The position numbers and the translations under genes were made by a program. The notes under the pieces are model-generated. The model was not told the DNA's origin. It made no database searches and was given only the letters and a program-made list of their open reading frames with translations. DNA of 64,000 nucleotides from Stylophora pistillata (taxonomy: Eukaryota): NCBI RefSeq assembly GCF_002571385.2, contig NW_019217793.1, forward strand, positions 1,229,054 through 1,293,053, read 5' to 3'. This document shows, one piece after another, positions 1 through 13,700 of the stretch. Numbering within the stretch: position 1 is the stretch's first letter; each line of letters opens with the position of its first letter.

Positions 1-69
1 AAAGCGCTCGGAGAAAATAAAATTATCACAATTACTGTTATTGATAATTCCACAAGTGAAATGCACTCT

Positions 70-280
70 TAGCCTTCAGCACCCTAGGATCAGTATGCAT
101 ATTCTCTATACTGTTCTCTATACATTTCCTTAGGTGCTGACAAGGAGAATTTGCTTCACAATCAAGAGCTTCTTTAGTTGGTGATCATTTTCTTTATTCT
201 CATGACCTTACAGTGCGATTTAGGGGCGATATTGTGAGGAGAAATTAGATGCTGATCGCTGTTTGGGGTCAAGGGTTTAG
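70..280. mobile_element. MITE-like element (related partial copy at ~54307-54450)
   Basis: Degenerate terminal inverted repeats (ttagccttcagcacccta...ggggtcaagggtttag); internal sequence shared with ~54307-54450. Confidence 0.5.
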
Positions 281-1691
281 GTCATTTGCATGTTGTTTGA
301 ATTTCCACCCTTAACGGCTCTTGGTGAAAGAAATTGAGACGTATATTCTTGGAAATTTATAGTAGAAGTTACGTGTCTCTCGCTTTCAGTTTTATTCGCA
401 GACCGCAGGAGCCCATTGTACCCAAAGCTTTGAACTTCCATGGAAATAGAAATTAGAAAATTCTAAAGAAATGGTTATTACCTCGTGGTAATGATGAAGA
501 ACTTTCGTGGAGGATGTTAGAAGTTGCGGATTTAAAGAGCGGTTTTCTGTTCGCTTCTCAGTTTCCAGTTTGTTAGACTCTTTTACTTTTAAGCGAGCTT
601 TCAAGTAAAGTAGGTGTAGATCGCCCTCGCAGTTCCCATTTCAGCATGATAAAACGGTAGTCATAATCGTGAATAATTACAATTTTAATGATACTTAAAG
701 GAATGATTGCATAAACACGAGGTCCAACAGGAATTATGACCTGTCTTTTGGGAGTTAAGCCGGTATACTCTTAAGACTATTATTGAAGCCAAATAGAGAG
801 AGATTCATACACACAGTACCAGATTCGCGACTAATTTTAATATTTACAGAACAAGAGCAAGTAATAACTATGGTACTACTACGTTTGCTTATGTAGCTTC
901 AAAAATCTGAGAATCTATCCCCTTTGAATTAAAAAAACTCGTATAATTGTTTCTACAAGCAATACAAAATGTATCTTTAAAATACTCAATCTGTTTCCTG
1001 AGTGTAGTTTCCTTTGGTTTTTACTGTTGTGTAAATGCCTATAATGTACATGTTCAGGCCAATTAATTGTCTGCGGCAGTGGCCAACTACTTTGGTCACT
1101 GCGCACATTTTGCTTTTCAATACTTGTGTAATTTAATTTGCCTATGTCTCTCCTTTTTAATGTACTTTAATGTTGAAATAATTATTTGTAAATAGTGCAA
1201 AAATAAACAAAGACTAAAAGAACTAAATAATCGTACAAAAGTAAACTTCCAAAGCTTAATTCACACCAACAAAACATGTTTAACTTGAAACGGCTTTAAC
1301 AACATGAGAGTCAGCGACAAGAAAAAGGGAGAGACTAGATTTTAGTTTTGGGCCAGATTGCTAAGAAATACTAAAAATGGCGGTCCGCGAGTCAATTTAG
1401 TATAATTTTAAAGAGATGAGCCACTCTTTGGAATTTTAAGCTTAACATAAGTGTCATTACTTCATACATACTTGTTAATGGCGGAGATGAAATTTATACG
1501 GTTTCTATAACAACTCCTTCCTCAGTGATACGCTGTCAAAAGCGAACTAACTCGCGAAGGCCTGATGTTTGCGCGTATTCCTACCACTTTAAATTACAGT
1601 TCCCAAGTTCCGTTAACACGACCACCATATGTTTCAAGGAGTGGCCATTCCTTAGTTTCTGCCTTCTAAGAAATGAGAATCTTTGCTCAAA

Positions 1692-3520
1692 TTAATTAGC
1701 TGCGATTAAACTTGTGGTTTCCTGGTGTTCCTCCTTCGAAACGTCAACTTTGTCACTTTGGACTGTCAAATTCTGCATTTCGAAACGTGTGCTTCCGCTA
1801 TCTGATCGGTGGATCGGCAACTTGTTATTTCTATTGTTCCCTGAGCCCGCTTTTTTCGCAAATTGCACGGATAAATGTGTCGTGCTCCACCTTTTTCCAG
1901 GATTGCCAGAAGCAGCTCTGGGATAGAGTTTAACGAAATCGTCGTAAGCATCACGGTAATGCCAGTTTGGTTTTTCATCTTTCCAGCCTTTGAACATCTC
2001 TGTGACCATTTTTTCGGCACCTTTCTCCGGAATTCCGTCGGGATAGAGTGTAATCTTAACCTCTTCCTCTTTTTCTTTTCCTAACTGGTCGTCGCCTTTT
2101 CTTTTGCTTTTGTTGTCTGCAGTGCTATTTCCCTGTTTGTCGTGGTCTTCACTGGGGTCTTCTTCACAGCGCAAACCCCTAGTGAACTCAGTAAAAGTCT
2201 TAATAGCCCATTTCGCCTCCCGTTCTTCAAAGGTGCATATGTCTATGAAATAATCGTAAAAGTACAGTTAGATTACCTAAACAAATGTCACTAGCTTTCG
2301 CAGATTTTAAACCAACCGCTGACGATTACAAAAAAACATCAACAACATCAGCAATGAATCAAACTAAAAACAAAACAGACGGCAAAGTATATCTGAAAAG
2401 TCTTAAAAAGACGGCCCTCAAGCTTTCGATATATGCCAAAACATGCAGGCAGACCCAAACCATTCAGATGAAACAAATACTCTGATCATAAATACCCTCT
2501 GGCGGCTACATGTTACGTTCCGCACGACCCTATATTTGATGTCCTCAGCGCCCTAAGCAATGATGATTGTGTTTATTATGTTTGATACTTTTCGTCATTT
2601 CACATATATACTCATGCAGTTTTATCGAATAGTACAAGTACTTCGTCGCAAATCATATTCGGCCTGTTCCTGCCAGTAGCAGATCAGTGATATGTTTCAC
2701 GACTTTTGATGGAAACAGCCTCCTTCAATTCTAGGCGGATAAGTACGGGTTAGATAATACACAAAAGATATTTTGCGTTACCGTCTAGGATATCTTGGTC
2801 TTTGAGTATGCAATTCTTATTGATAATCACCACAGTAGCGAAAAAAGCCATGACAAGGAAAACTACCCAGGCGAAAATTTGTGATTGGGCCCCAGCGGTC
2901 TCTACTGCCAAGTCGTACTTTTTGAGCTCCTCTGGATCAGTTACGTTTCTCTTGCGGATATCCGGCCCTACCTCGCCGCAAATGTAGTAATCTTTTTGTA
3001 AAAATGCCACGCACAACCATACAGACGCCCCCACCAGTGCCTTGACTATGCTGGGAAAGGTGCGTCCACAGAAGAACCCAAAATGATAATAATCTGCCAC
3101 CAGACACCTGTCAGAGAGTTCCCAGACGTCTCCGATGAGTAGCATGTTGAGGAAGAAAATAATCGTGGCTGGACCGTACAACCAGAAGCGGCCATAAATC
3201 TGATGATTCTCCAAGGGACAGTCAAAGACTTCGGCATTCAGTAGAAATTGAAGGCCAAGCACTGCTAGTGAAATTACCAGGTTCGTCAAAGTAGTCTTGT
3301 TGTTGGTGATTAGGCCTAGAATGGTTGTTTCTTCGTCAGGCGAGAGCGTTTTCTTGATTTTGTCTTTAACGACCTTGAAATATCTAGATACACGGCTGGA
3401 ACCTTGAGCCCCATAATCTTGGGCCCCTGAATCTTGGGCCCCGGAATCTTGGGCCCCAGAATCTGGGGATGGTTCGATCACGTGTGTCTCATTACCAGGC
3501 TCTGTTCCCGCAGCGGACAT
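1692..3520 (-). CDS. CALHM/FAM26-like large-pore channel, paralog 1 (exons 3520-2782, 2242-1692; ~429 aa)
   Basis: Four hydrophobic segments with CALHM-like motifs FDCP..N..YG..WLYGPA, SVWLCVAFLQKDYYIC and SQIFAW. A phase-1 GT-AG intron (GACG|GTAACG...TTTCATAG|AC) joins ORFs 2750-3544 and 1692-2174 in frame. Confidence 0.85.
3404..3463 (-). repeat. 15-bp coding tandem repeat x4 (DSGAQ)
   Basis: Repeated gaatcttgggcccc units; protein DSGAQDSGAQDSGAQDYGAQ. Confidence 0.9.
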
Positions 3521-3769
3521 TTTAGATGAAAATGGAAACTGCAACTATGATGGCAGTCGAAGTAAGTGCTTCCCACTGCTTTATTTACTTAAATATTTGT
3601 TCCTTTGCGTTTGATGGGCGAGCAGAGGCGAATGCAAAGCAAACGCAGGCGAACCTGTAGACCGGCGAAGGAGATCTAGAGCGATGATGTGCGCGAGGCG
3701 AACGCGAGGCGAGCGGTGCGCTTTACTGATGCTTACCTCCTCTCCCCTGAAGAACGAAAACAGAAAAAA

Positions 3770-3835
3770 AATACATTTGAATAATTTTTAAAAATAACAT
3801 TTGAATAATTTTTAAAAATAATATTTGAATAATGA
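3770..3835. repeat. 24-bp AT-rich tandem repeat (~3 copies)
   Basis: aataacatttgaataattttttaa-like unit repeated. Confidence 0.75.
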
Positions 3836-5727
3836 AAAATTATAAACGAAAAAACCTTTGTTGTGGTATCCTTTAAAACAAGACCAACTCGGCATAAAGA
3901 AAAATGCATCAACTTTTGCGGCACTCCAGCTCCTCACCATTTCCACCGCTGTCAAATAGGAGGAGTCATTTTTTTCCTCGCTGTTGAACAAGTATCTATT
4001 TCTTCACAATACTCATATTCAGCGTATTTTCAGTTTCCTTGCGTGCGGGCCTACTGACTAGAATTTGACAGATTTTCACAGCACCGCTCGCTTTGATCAG
4101 AGGCATTCAGCGAATAGGAAGGCAACCAACACTTCAGAACCTTCGCGACAATTCATGCGAGCCAAATCTTTCCGCGCCGAAATGATTATGAAAGCTTTTG
4201 ATAAATAAGTTTCGTTTCAAAGATAATTTCATGCGAAGTCTTTGAGTGTGTGAGAAACAAAAGAACCTACCTACTTGAAACTCAACAAATTTTCAAGTTA
4301 TAAGCCGACTTCCAGGCAAGGTGAGTGAGCTAAAAGACCTGTTAGTTACAGCAAGTTTATTTGATGCTTGAGACATGATCAGTACTAACGAAAATATAAT
4401 TGATCGCATCCATGTGGTAGACACCGTTTCTATCAAAACATATGATCATCATTTAACTTCTGCAGCTACTATTTTGAAAATATCATTTTCTTTCAATCAA
4501 TGTAAGTAGGCTCTTATGATTCAAACGTGACTCGAGCGGTGTCTCCGACATAGTTAGCAGCACATTGCAAATTGTATTCAAGAAATAAGTTATGAACCAT
4601 TTGTCAAAAGGCTCAGAATAATAGCGAGCATGGATGATGTAAATTACGCCTTGAGAATACTCCCTGCGGTAACAATTTGATACTCCAGGGCTGTAGAGGG
4701 TCCCTCTCCGTCATCTGCTTTAAACTCAGAGCTTTGTCATTATCATCAGGAGTCAATAGAAAGATATTTTTGTTTGCTTGAAAATCGTGCAATCGTACGT
4801 GTAATAGCCTTCAAAATAGTCCACCAAAAGTCACGTAGTTAGTTTTTAGGTTCGAAAGCTGGATGACGGAAACGTTTTGATTTACATTGTACGTTTTAGT
4901 TAAACATGAAATTTAGATCGGGCTTTCGCTCAACGATCAAAAATGTCATGGACCAAAGTTAGAACCGATTCTTAACGAGGCACATTAAAATCGTTATCTA
5001 AGCTCTTAATTTCCTTCGTGAAAGCAATCTTGTGTGAACTGATCACTCACCGGAGATAGAGATTCGCCGATGCAGTGACTTTCTTCTGCACGAAACAATT
5101 ATCTGGTGGTTTGATTCATTCCAGAGTGGCAACTCGATCAGCTCCATTAAATTTGGTCCATATAAACATGCGTATGTAGCATACAAATCATGACAGGTCA
5201 AACGTTTCATTCTGTGGGAAGGTCAATGTCAATTCAATTGTTTCGTCACAAAAACTTAGGAAACGCACGTTCGCTATATTTTCTGTTTTGATTCCCTGTT
5301 CGAAAAACGTGTAGCAACTGATAATTAACTGAATTTTTTTGAAAGTAAAGTTCCCAATTTTTCAACTTCGTTTTTTGATCCTAAAGTCAACCCTTATGTA
5401 TATTGAACCAGTTTATGTTTGTATTGCTATGGTTTTATGACTCAAGCACGATTGTTAATTAACGTATAATCTACCTGAGGCGAACGCATTTACTGAGCAC
5501 TACTCTTTAGACGATAGTATTTTTTTCGTCTGTATCATTGTTCCTTGACTAACCTCGAGTCTCAAAACCCGCGCAAGATAACGGTCGTTTTCCGGAAGTG
5601 TTTTTTTGTCAGGGTCCGAGAGGTTTAACTCTTCCATTAGGGAAAACCCAAAAAGCACAAAACTGTTTAACATCGCGTCTCTAGTGAAAACAATAACCAA
5701 CGGTTTTACTAAAATATTGTCCACACA

Positions 5728-6335
5728 CCCGAGTAATAAACTTGCTCTTTTGACTATGGTGCTCTACTATCTTGTTCTGGAGGTGAAGCTCGGCTAGTCT
5801 ACTGTTTATTGATTTGAAATTTAGCATAGAAATGACAACGTAAACGTTTCGTGGTTAGGAGGTCAATTTAAGGTCAGTAGTTTCGTCACAAGGACTGATG
5901 TTCAGCACTCACGCTATCCTTCTTGTTAAGATTTCAGTCACGATTTTGAAAATATTTGACGAATTTTGTGGCTGGACTCTTAGTAAAAGAAAAATTCCCA
6001 ATTCATCAACTTCGTTTGTCGGACTTTCATTTAAATTTTATTTAATCAGTCCCGGTTTTTGTGCTATGCTAGTTCTGGGCCGGTTACTTTTGAACGTGAC
6101 CAAACTTGAAACGTAACCAAAACATTTCCGTGCGCGTGTGCATTTTCCTCATCGCTCCTTCCTGTGGCATAAGTCTTAAGACAGTGCAACCAAAAACTTC
6201 AGACAGCAGAACGATGATAGTAAATTATTTTATTACTTAATTTTCCGTTACATTTCAAAGTACTTATAACTCACGCAGTTGACTTATGTCACGTTCCCAA
6301 CCTTATTCTTGTTTAGTTGCATGATAATTGGCAAA
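5728..6335. repeat. Duplicated non-coding segment; paralogous copy at ~10117-10676 plus ~15723-15800, more diverged partial copy at ~5170-5550
   Basis: Colinear matches such as gagtaataaactt, gtttcgtcacaa, tcaacttcgtttgt, aatcagtcccggtttttgtg, ccaaacttgaaacgt and acgcagttgactt. Confidence 0.85.
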
Positions 6336-6850
6336 AACCCTGCAGTCATCGCTTGTAATTATTGGACCAGTTCATGTTTGTATTGGTTCTGTATCGTTAT
6401 AAGACTTGGGCATGTTGTGAATTAATATATAATTCACCTGCCAGAGACTAACCCTAACTGCTTCTAAGACGATAGTGTTTTTTTTTTTCCGTCTGTATTA
6501 TTGTTCCTTACTTCTAGTAAAAACTAGCCAGTGGGTTTACGTCCTCTAGCTTGAACATTTTGCGAAGAACAAGTCATTGGTTTCTCTTTTTCACGAGTAA
6601 AAAAGGGTCGGCAATCACATTTTCCTTGTTGTACGGTGTAGGTTTGTGGTAAACTCGAGGGAATTTATCAGCTGTCACCAGTCTTAATTGACTTATGCTG
6701 CTCATGAAAGACCTAGTTACATTCATTTGTAAGGAGGTGTGCAAAGGTATGTTAAAAAATGTTCTTTCTAACAAAAACCTCCGTTAATTTAGCTCAGATG
6801 AAGTGTTTCCGATGAGACTGTCCGTTTCGGCGGGTTCCTGTGTGATTTCA

Positions 6851-8398
6851 TCATTGGTTGTAAATGCCATCTTCTGCATTTCCCAAACTTGTGCTACCAT
6901 ATCTTGTTTGGTGGACCGGCAGCTTGGTGTTTTCATCAGTGTTCACGGCATAGGCTTTTTTCGCAAATTGCTTTGATAGATGTGTTGTGCTCCATCTATT
7001 TCCTGGATGGCCATTAGCAGCTCTAGGATAGAGCTTTTTGAACTGGTCGTAAGCATCACGATAATGCCATTTTGGATTTTTCTCCTTATAACCTTTGAAC
7101 ATTTCTGTCACCATTCTTTCGCCAAATTTTTCCGGAATTCCGTTGGGGTAGAGTGTAATCTTAACCTCGTCTTCTCTCTCCTTTTCCTGGCCACCAGTTT
7201 CGTTCTCATTTGTTATTTCTTCATCGTGCAAACCCCTAGCGAACTCAGTAAAAGTTTTCTTAGCCCATTTTGCCTCGCGTTCTTCAAAGATGCGCATGTC
7301 TAGGGAAAGATACATAAGTAAGCGTAGACCTAGATCACTTTAATAGATATTTGACAGTTACGGCCGAGGCTGCATATTAAAAACACAGTCAAGTCACAGA
7401 AAATACTTGAGTATATCGCGAAAATCACACACAGAGAGACTGTCTAAGTTTTGTAGATTAGCTAAAACGTTCAGGAACGCCACGCCACGTTAAAACAAAC
7501 GAGACTAGTCAAAAGTGCATGCTTCCAGCGTTAACCCTTTGCCTGATCCCCTCCACACCATAATGGCACAACGCAAGAAATATTCAGTCATGGTTCCGCG
7601 TAATTTTCAGTCGTGATGCACAATCGAATACTACACGTGCCTCGTCATCAATCAGATTGTACGATTCTAAGAGCGGGCCTCTTACGGTATCGCCGTTATA
7701 CAACACTATTCGTAAATTAAGAATAAAAAAAAGAAAGAAATTGCGTTACCGTCTAGGATGTCTTGGTCCTTCAGACAACAATTCTTGCTGATGACCATTA
7801 CAGAAGTTAAGAAAACCATGAGCAAAAATATTGCCCAGGCGAAAATTTGAGATTCGGCACCAGCGGTCTCTACTGCAATGTCGTATTCTTTAAGCTTCTC
7901 TGGATCAGTTTCGTTTATCTCTCGGATATCCGGTCCTACCTCTGCACAGACGTAATAATCCTTTCTGTAAAATGCCAAGATCAACCAGACAGATGCTCCT
8001 GCCATCGCTTTGACGATGCTGGGAACAGTGTGGCCACAAAAGTAGCCAAAATGATAATAGTCGCGTACTAGACACCGGTCGGAAAGTTTCCAAATGTCTC
8101 CAATGATAAGCAGGTTGACAAAGAAAATGATCGCTGGTGGGGCGCACAACCAGGAGAGAGCATAGATTTCATGATGCTTCACGGGGCAGTCAAAGACCTC
8201 GGAGTAAAGCAGAACCTCGAGCCCCAGCACTGCTAGGGAAATGACCATGTTCTTTAGAGTGATCTTGTTGTTGGTGATAATTCCTGGGATAGCTGGACGT
8301 CCACCAGCAGCTGAGAGTGTTTTCGTGATTTTGTCTTTAATCGTGCTGAAACATCTAGTTCGGGTAGTAGAGACTGCGTCTGACTCCACGTCGGTCAT
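6851..8398 (-). CDS. CALHM/FAM26-like large-pore channel, paralog 2 (exons 8398-7750, 7299-6851; ~365 aa as assembled, C-terminus frameshifted)
   Basis: Clearly similar to paralog 1 along its whole length, with the same intron position and phase (KDQDILD|D) and the same CALHM-like motifs. Confidence 0.85.
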
Positions 8399-10676
8399 GG
8401 TGGATTGACGATTGAATCCCTACCTATGATGAAAAGCTGAAGCTAAGTAGTTCTCGCAGTCTTTTTTACGCAGGATAGCATTTTAAATCGCAAGGGGTAA
8501 CTTTTGGGAGAGATAAAGGAAGTATTGCGCTTCACAGAGGCTTGCCTTTCCTTGCCTAAGAAACCTGAAATTAGAATGTACTGGTTGATTTTTTTTTGTT
8601 TTGTTTTTTAGATCATAATGCCCTTTCTCTCAAGTTGGACTTTGAACCACAACCTGCAGCTGTAAAATAATTCAAGTAGTTTGGTCGGTCGTTTTAAAAT
8701 AAGATAAACAAGGACCAGAGATGAAGTCATCCGCGTATCGGTTATGGCTTCCGCTCATCAAGAACCTTCAAATAAATCCCCTTTTCAATATTAATACAAT
8801 TCGAAGTTGAAGGCACATTCCGCTTTGATTTGAACGGATGACCAAGAAAACGCGGACACGGAGTGATGTCAAGTACAACTTTTGATGACATTTCTCCGAA
8901 CTAAGACAACGACAACAACAAGAAAGGAAAAAAGAAACTTAAGGATTATCTGACTAGATTTCTAAGACCAGAAGTGACGTTGTATGTAACTCGATATATG
9001 AAGTAATAGAGAGAACAAACGTGACACAAGTCGACATCGAATATGCCTGCCCCTGAATTTATACACGTAGCGAACTGGTTAACAGTTATCATGAAAACTG
9101 GATGACTGGAAAAAAATAATTTTGTCTTACGACTCTCTCGACTCTTTGTAAACAGTAAAAATCAATTGGTGTTACAACGAGATAACTGTGGAAAACGTTT
9201 TCTGTGACACCAAATTAACTCACACAAGGTCTCTGAAATTCCGGTTTTAATGCTACCAACTTAACTCGCTTCTTGCGACAACAACAACAACAACAAAAAA
9301 AAAAAAAAAAAAAAAAAAAAGAACGTCACCGAAACGTTCTGCACGTGGTAAAACTAATCTGAGCATAGCGAGGCCGCGAAGTCACACTCGTCATGAGCCG
9401 TCACGCAATGCAAACAAAACATTCTGAACATAACACCTTCCAACCAATGAGCAGTTCTCCATCTCATTACAACTTAACTTGATTATGTGATGGAATTGTC
9501 ATCAAAAGTTTTTCAATCACTTCAATAGAAAAACGGCTGGCTGATAAAGGGGAAACTAGCCTTACTCGATCTACAGTTTTTATTAGCATTAAGTTCTTAG
9601 CGAATTTCGCATAACTCTCTCAGAAAAGGCCCCCCTTTATAGATCTAATCCATGAATTTATTAATAAATGTTTCTGCCTCTGATCATCAAAGTCATTCGG
9701 TCAATTTTGAAGCTTGAAAATAAGTGTTTATACATAAGCATCAGCAAAGGAGACAGATTTGGAAGGAAGAAAAGGATATTTTATCCATTGATATTAAAGA
9801 AGTACTCATGTTTTTCGCTCGCAAAACTTTGAATACAGTTTGAGAAATCTACCTTTCTTATCAGCCACTCTAAACAATGATATTAATTAGGTTATTCTCC
9901 CAAAATGTGAAATATCAGGGCAAAATCGAGTTATGCGTTTCGTTTTAAACTTTACAGGTTCGAAATTCGGTTGAAACGATTTATTATGCCAGATACCCAT
10001 GATTTGGGTCAGGCTTGCGTTTCATGGTCCGAAAACTTCGTTAATTCTTGTGAGCAATTACTAACAACTTGAGCCGCGAAAGTAAACAGTAGTCTGTATG
10101 CCGAAACATTTACTTACCGGAGTAATAAACTTACTTTTACTTTCCTCTTTACGAATCTTGCTCTGGATGTATAGCACAGCCAGTCCACTTTTTTTTTTTA
10201 TTTGAACCTTGGCGTACAAATGACAGCTTAACGTTTCATGAGTAGAAGGTCAATTTCACGTCAGTTTTTTCGTCACAAAAACTGATGTCAAGCACACTCG
10301 CTTTCCTTCCTGTTCATATACCAGTCACGATTTGGGAAATATGCGACCTACTCTATGACTAGACTCTTAGCAAAAAAAAATTCCTAATTCCTCAACTTCG
10401 TTTGTTGGATATTTATTCAAAGTTTATTCAATCAGTCCCGGTTTTTGTGTTAAAGTACTGGGCTGGTGTTTGAACGTGAATTAACATAATTTGCGCGAGG
10501 TTAACCAAACTTGAAACGTGACCAAAACATTTCCGTGCGCGATGACATTTTTTTCCTCATCGCTCCAAGCTCCGGCATAAGTCAGAACGGTGCAACTAAA
10601 ACAACTTAAGGCCACAGAAAGATAATATTAAATTATTTTAATACTTGAAGTTCGGTTAAATGTCGAAGTAATTATA

Positions 10677-10698
10677 TCTTATTAGACGTTTTGTTGTA

Positions 10699-10746
<48 letters not shown>

Positions 10747-13700
10747 GTAGGGCGACTCAAAATACAAATAACGAGTAAAAATACTCAGCGATACTACACA
10801 ACAAAACGTCTAATAAGGTATTTATTATCCAACACGCCAAACTGTTATTTCAGTGCGGGCGAATTTCGCGGGAGTTACTATATCACGGGCGACGAGCGGG
10901 GCGAGAAATGTAGTCTGAGATATGAGTGGTCAGCGATGAAATAGCTTTAATACATCATGTAGAGACAAATCATTTGTAGTTGTTGCATTAAATAATCGTG
11001 GTATCAATCCCGAAATTTTAACAATAAATTTTGCTAAATAACAAATTAAGCAATTTTTCAAAAGCTTCGACTATAAATATATTTTTCACTGCTCTAATAA
11101 GCAACGAAGGTATCGGGAGAGGTATCAAAAAATTATATTTTTGTTTGGTAACTTGCTACGCGACGTAAAGAAAGTATCGTGACCGACTTCCGGTTGTCCA
11201 AGGCGTTAATCACAGCTGGCGCGCTTTTCACTTGATTTTTGCAATCTCTACTATTTTTCCGGGAAAAGAAAAGCTAGGGAACTCTACAAAAATTTAGTTC
11301 TCGATCTGAATAGTTTTTTAGTCTTTTTATAAGTTTGTATCTACAGGCTAAGATGGAAAACTTTCATAACAAAAATTCAAGTAGCTGAAGTTCTCTTACT
11401 TCATATTATATATAAACAATCGCCTCTATTCCATGTTAAAATATCCAAGGAGGAAAACTCAGAGCTTCAAGAAACAGCCAAATTAAGGCTAATGTGTTTA
11501 CCATCCCTCAAATGTTTCGATAAAGGTCGCTCGATTTAGGAGACCTTTTCTCAAAACAACCATATGATAAATAATTATGTTTTCCGTTCAAACTTTTTCT
11601 TTCTATTCACTTTAACAGAAGCACTCAGGATGAAAACTAAACGTCGAATCGAACAAAAATAAAACATCTTGAACTCTGAGATGTTCTTCATATTGTTGGC
11701 TCCATCACGTTACGATTTTGGATCCGTGACGTTCCTGAATATATATTTTAATCGATTACCAAGAACTGTATTCGCAATCCTGGTAGATTAAGGTCTAGAC
11801 ATGACATTAAAGTCCACTTGATCCGAAAAGAAGCCACCCTAACGGCAGGTGAAATGTTGTGTAAGCGTCTCTGCGAAAGGCACATTCAGACAACTTGCGT
11901 GGAAAAACTGGCCACAGCTATCACACCCAAGCCAATCCTCTCCATCGTCGTCTTTACAAATCTTACAGACTGCGGTGTTTCTCCTGTAATTGAACAAAAA
12001 GATACAGTTAGTTGATGAGAGTTTTGCGGCATTTGAGAAACAATACTGTTTGATACCATCAAAGCTTACTCATCAAGGTCATCGTAACAGGAGCCAAATA
12101 TGACAGACGTTATTCTCTCTCTTTCCATTTGCACGTTGTAACTTCCATTGACATCTAACCCCTCACACAAACACCGAGCAAACTGAGAACAAACAAACAA
12201 AACATTTTATTACATTCGAAACTAGGATGTAGAGTCATATCAAAGCAGGTTTTAGCAAGTGGTTATGCTACTCACAAGACATACAATCACACCACAGTTA
12301 TAACTATCAGTCTGTGTGTAATGTAGTGGCTCAACACACGGCCATGACTTGCAGTTCCATCCCGTTTTGAGATCAGCAACGGCACTGCAGAGTCAAACAA
12401 AGTACAANTCGAAATCAAGCGATCCAAATCTGATTTTCCTTTCAGGATTCAGTTTATCATTAAACATGCAGCTAACCTTTCTCTTAGCGTCACCATCATC
12501 AACATCGTCTTTGCTGTCTCCAACGAGAATCACATCAGCCTTCGGAGTCTTCTTTTTCCAGCGCCGTCTGGGGGGCAAATGCTTGTGAAATACTTGATGG
12601 TATATAGTTGACGTGATCTTTAATTTCTTCTTGACCGGGCTTATTCTGAGAGGAATACCATTTGTTGACGAGCAGCTCTTCTGCAGCATCAGCTGAATAT
12701 TTTCCAATTGCTTCAGAGCTGCTGACATTGTGCTCTCGTCATCTACTATGTACGCAGTATTCTTGACAGTATCGATCTCATCAAGAAATCGTTTCCTCAG
12801 TTTTTCAACTGTAGGAACCAGAGTGGTGCCACTGGGACTGTTGTTGGGTAGCTGGACATCTGACCTCTCCTCAGGATCTGCTTCTGCTCGTTTGCACTTC
12901 ATTGATTCATCGCCAGAGGTGTTGGCTAGCCTTACATGGTCGTCAGAGGATGATGATACTTTCGCTGTACCGTGGGGAATGCCAGACCTCTGTGCGCTAT
13001 TGTCGCGCTTATTTATAATAAAGTGATCCAGATCAAGAGAGATGAAGACACTGCTCCTGTATTGATGGGGTAGTGATTCAAATCCCCACTCAGAGTAGCA
13101 GGCAAACGCTGCAAAGAAATGTTTGCAGGGGTAATTACTTTTCAGCCACGAGGCACAAGTACAACTTGGATACGAAAAGTCAACTAGCTCCTTCTTGTTT
13201 ATATTAGCTGCGCTTTTCACGTTGAATTGGCCTTTCTGAAAATTTACGAATGAGACGTTGGCTTCGGTGAATTCCCCAGCAGCAAATCTACTATTCAAAC
13301 AGTGTTTAACGAACTGTGGTGGTCGGTTGTGTAGATACGACGGTATCCTAGAATTGTATCTTCCATAGGCATCGCTAAACTTCAAGTTCTTTTCCAAATA
13401 GCTTCTGTGCGAGTCAGGAACGAAAGACTCTACCAGCATCGTTGCAATGCCATAAACTGATTTGTCAATTGATCTCGGAAGGTAATCGTACTTGAACAAT
13501 TTGTTTTGCGCCTCAGTGCCATTATTGGTGTTAACTATGTTTGTCACCTGCTGCTTTCGAAAAGCTTGCGCCCAACGAGCTTTGCATGATAGCCATGTGT
13601 TGTTTAGATAGTTCTGAACATTAGGTTTGTCTTTGTAAAGTCGGGATTCTTTCAAAGCATTTAATCGCTTCTCTAATTTGTCTACCGTAGGAGCATAGGC

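Noticed and set aside
392-1106. Short minus-strand ORFs downstream of CALHM paralog 1
   Set aside because: No motifs or splice support.
4208-4218. ISRE/IRF-like motif agtttcgtttc upstream of CALHM paralog 1
   Set aside because: A single short match in AT-rich DNA, with no clear positional equivalent in paralog 2.
9279-9320. (CAA)n plus poly-A as a retrocopy tail
   Set aside because: No TSD or identifiable upstream element; treated as simple sequence.
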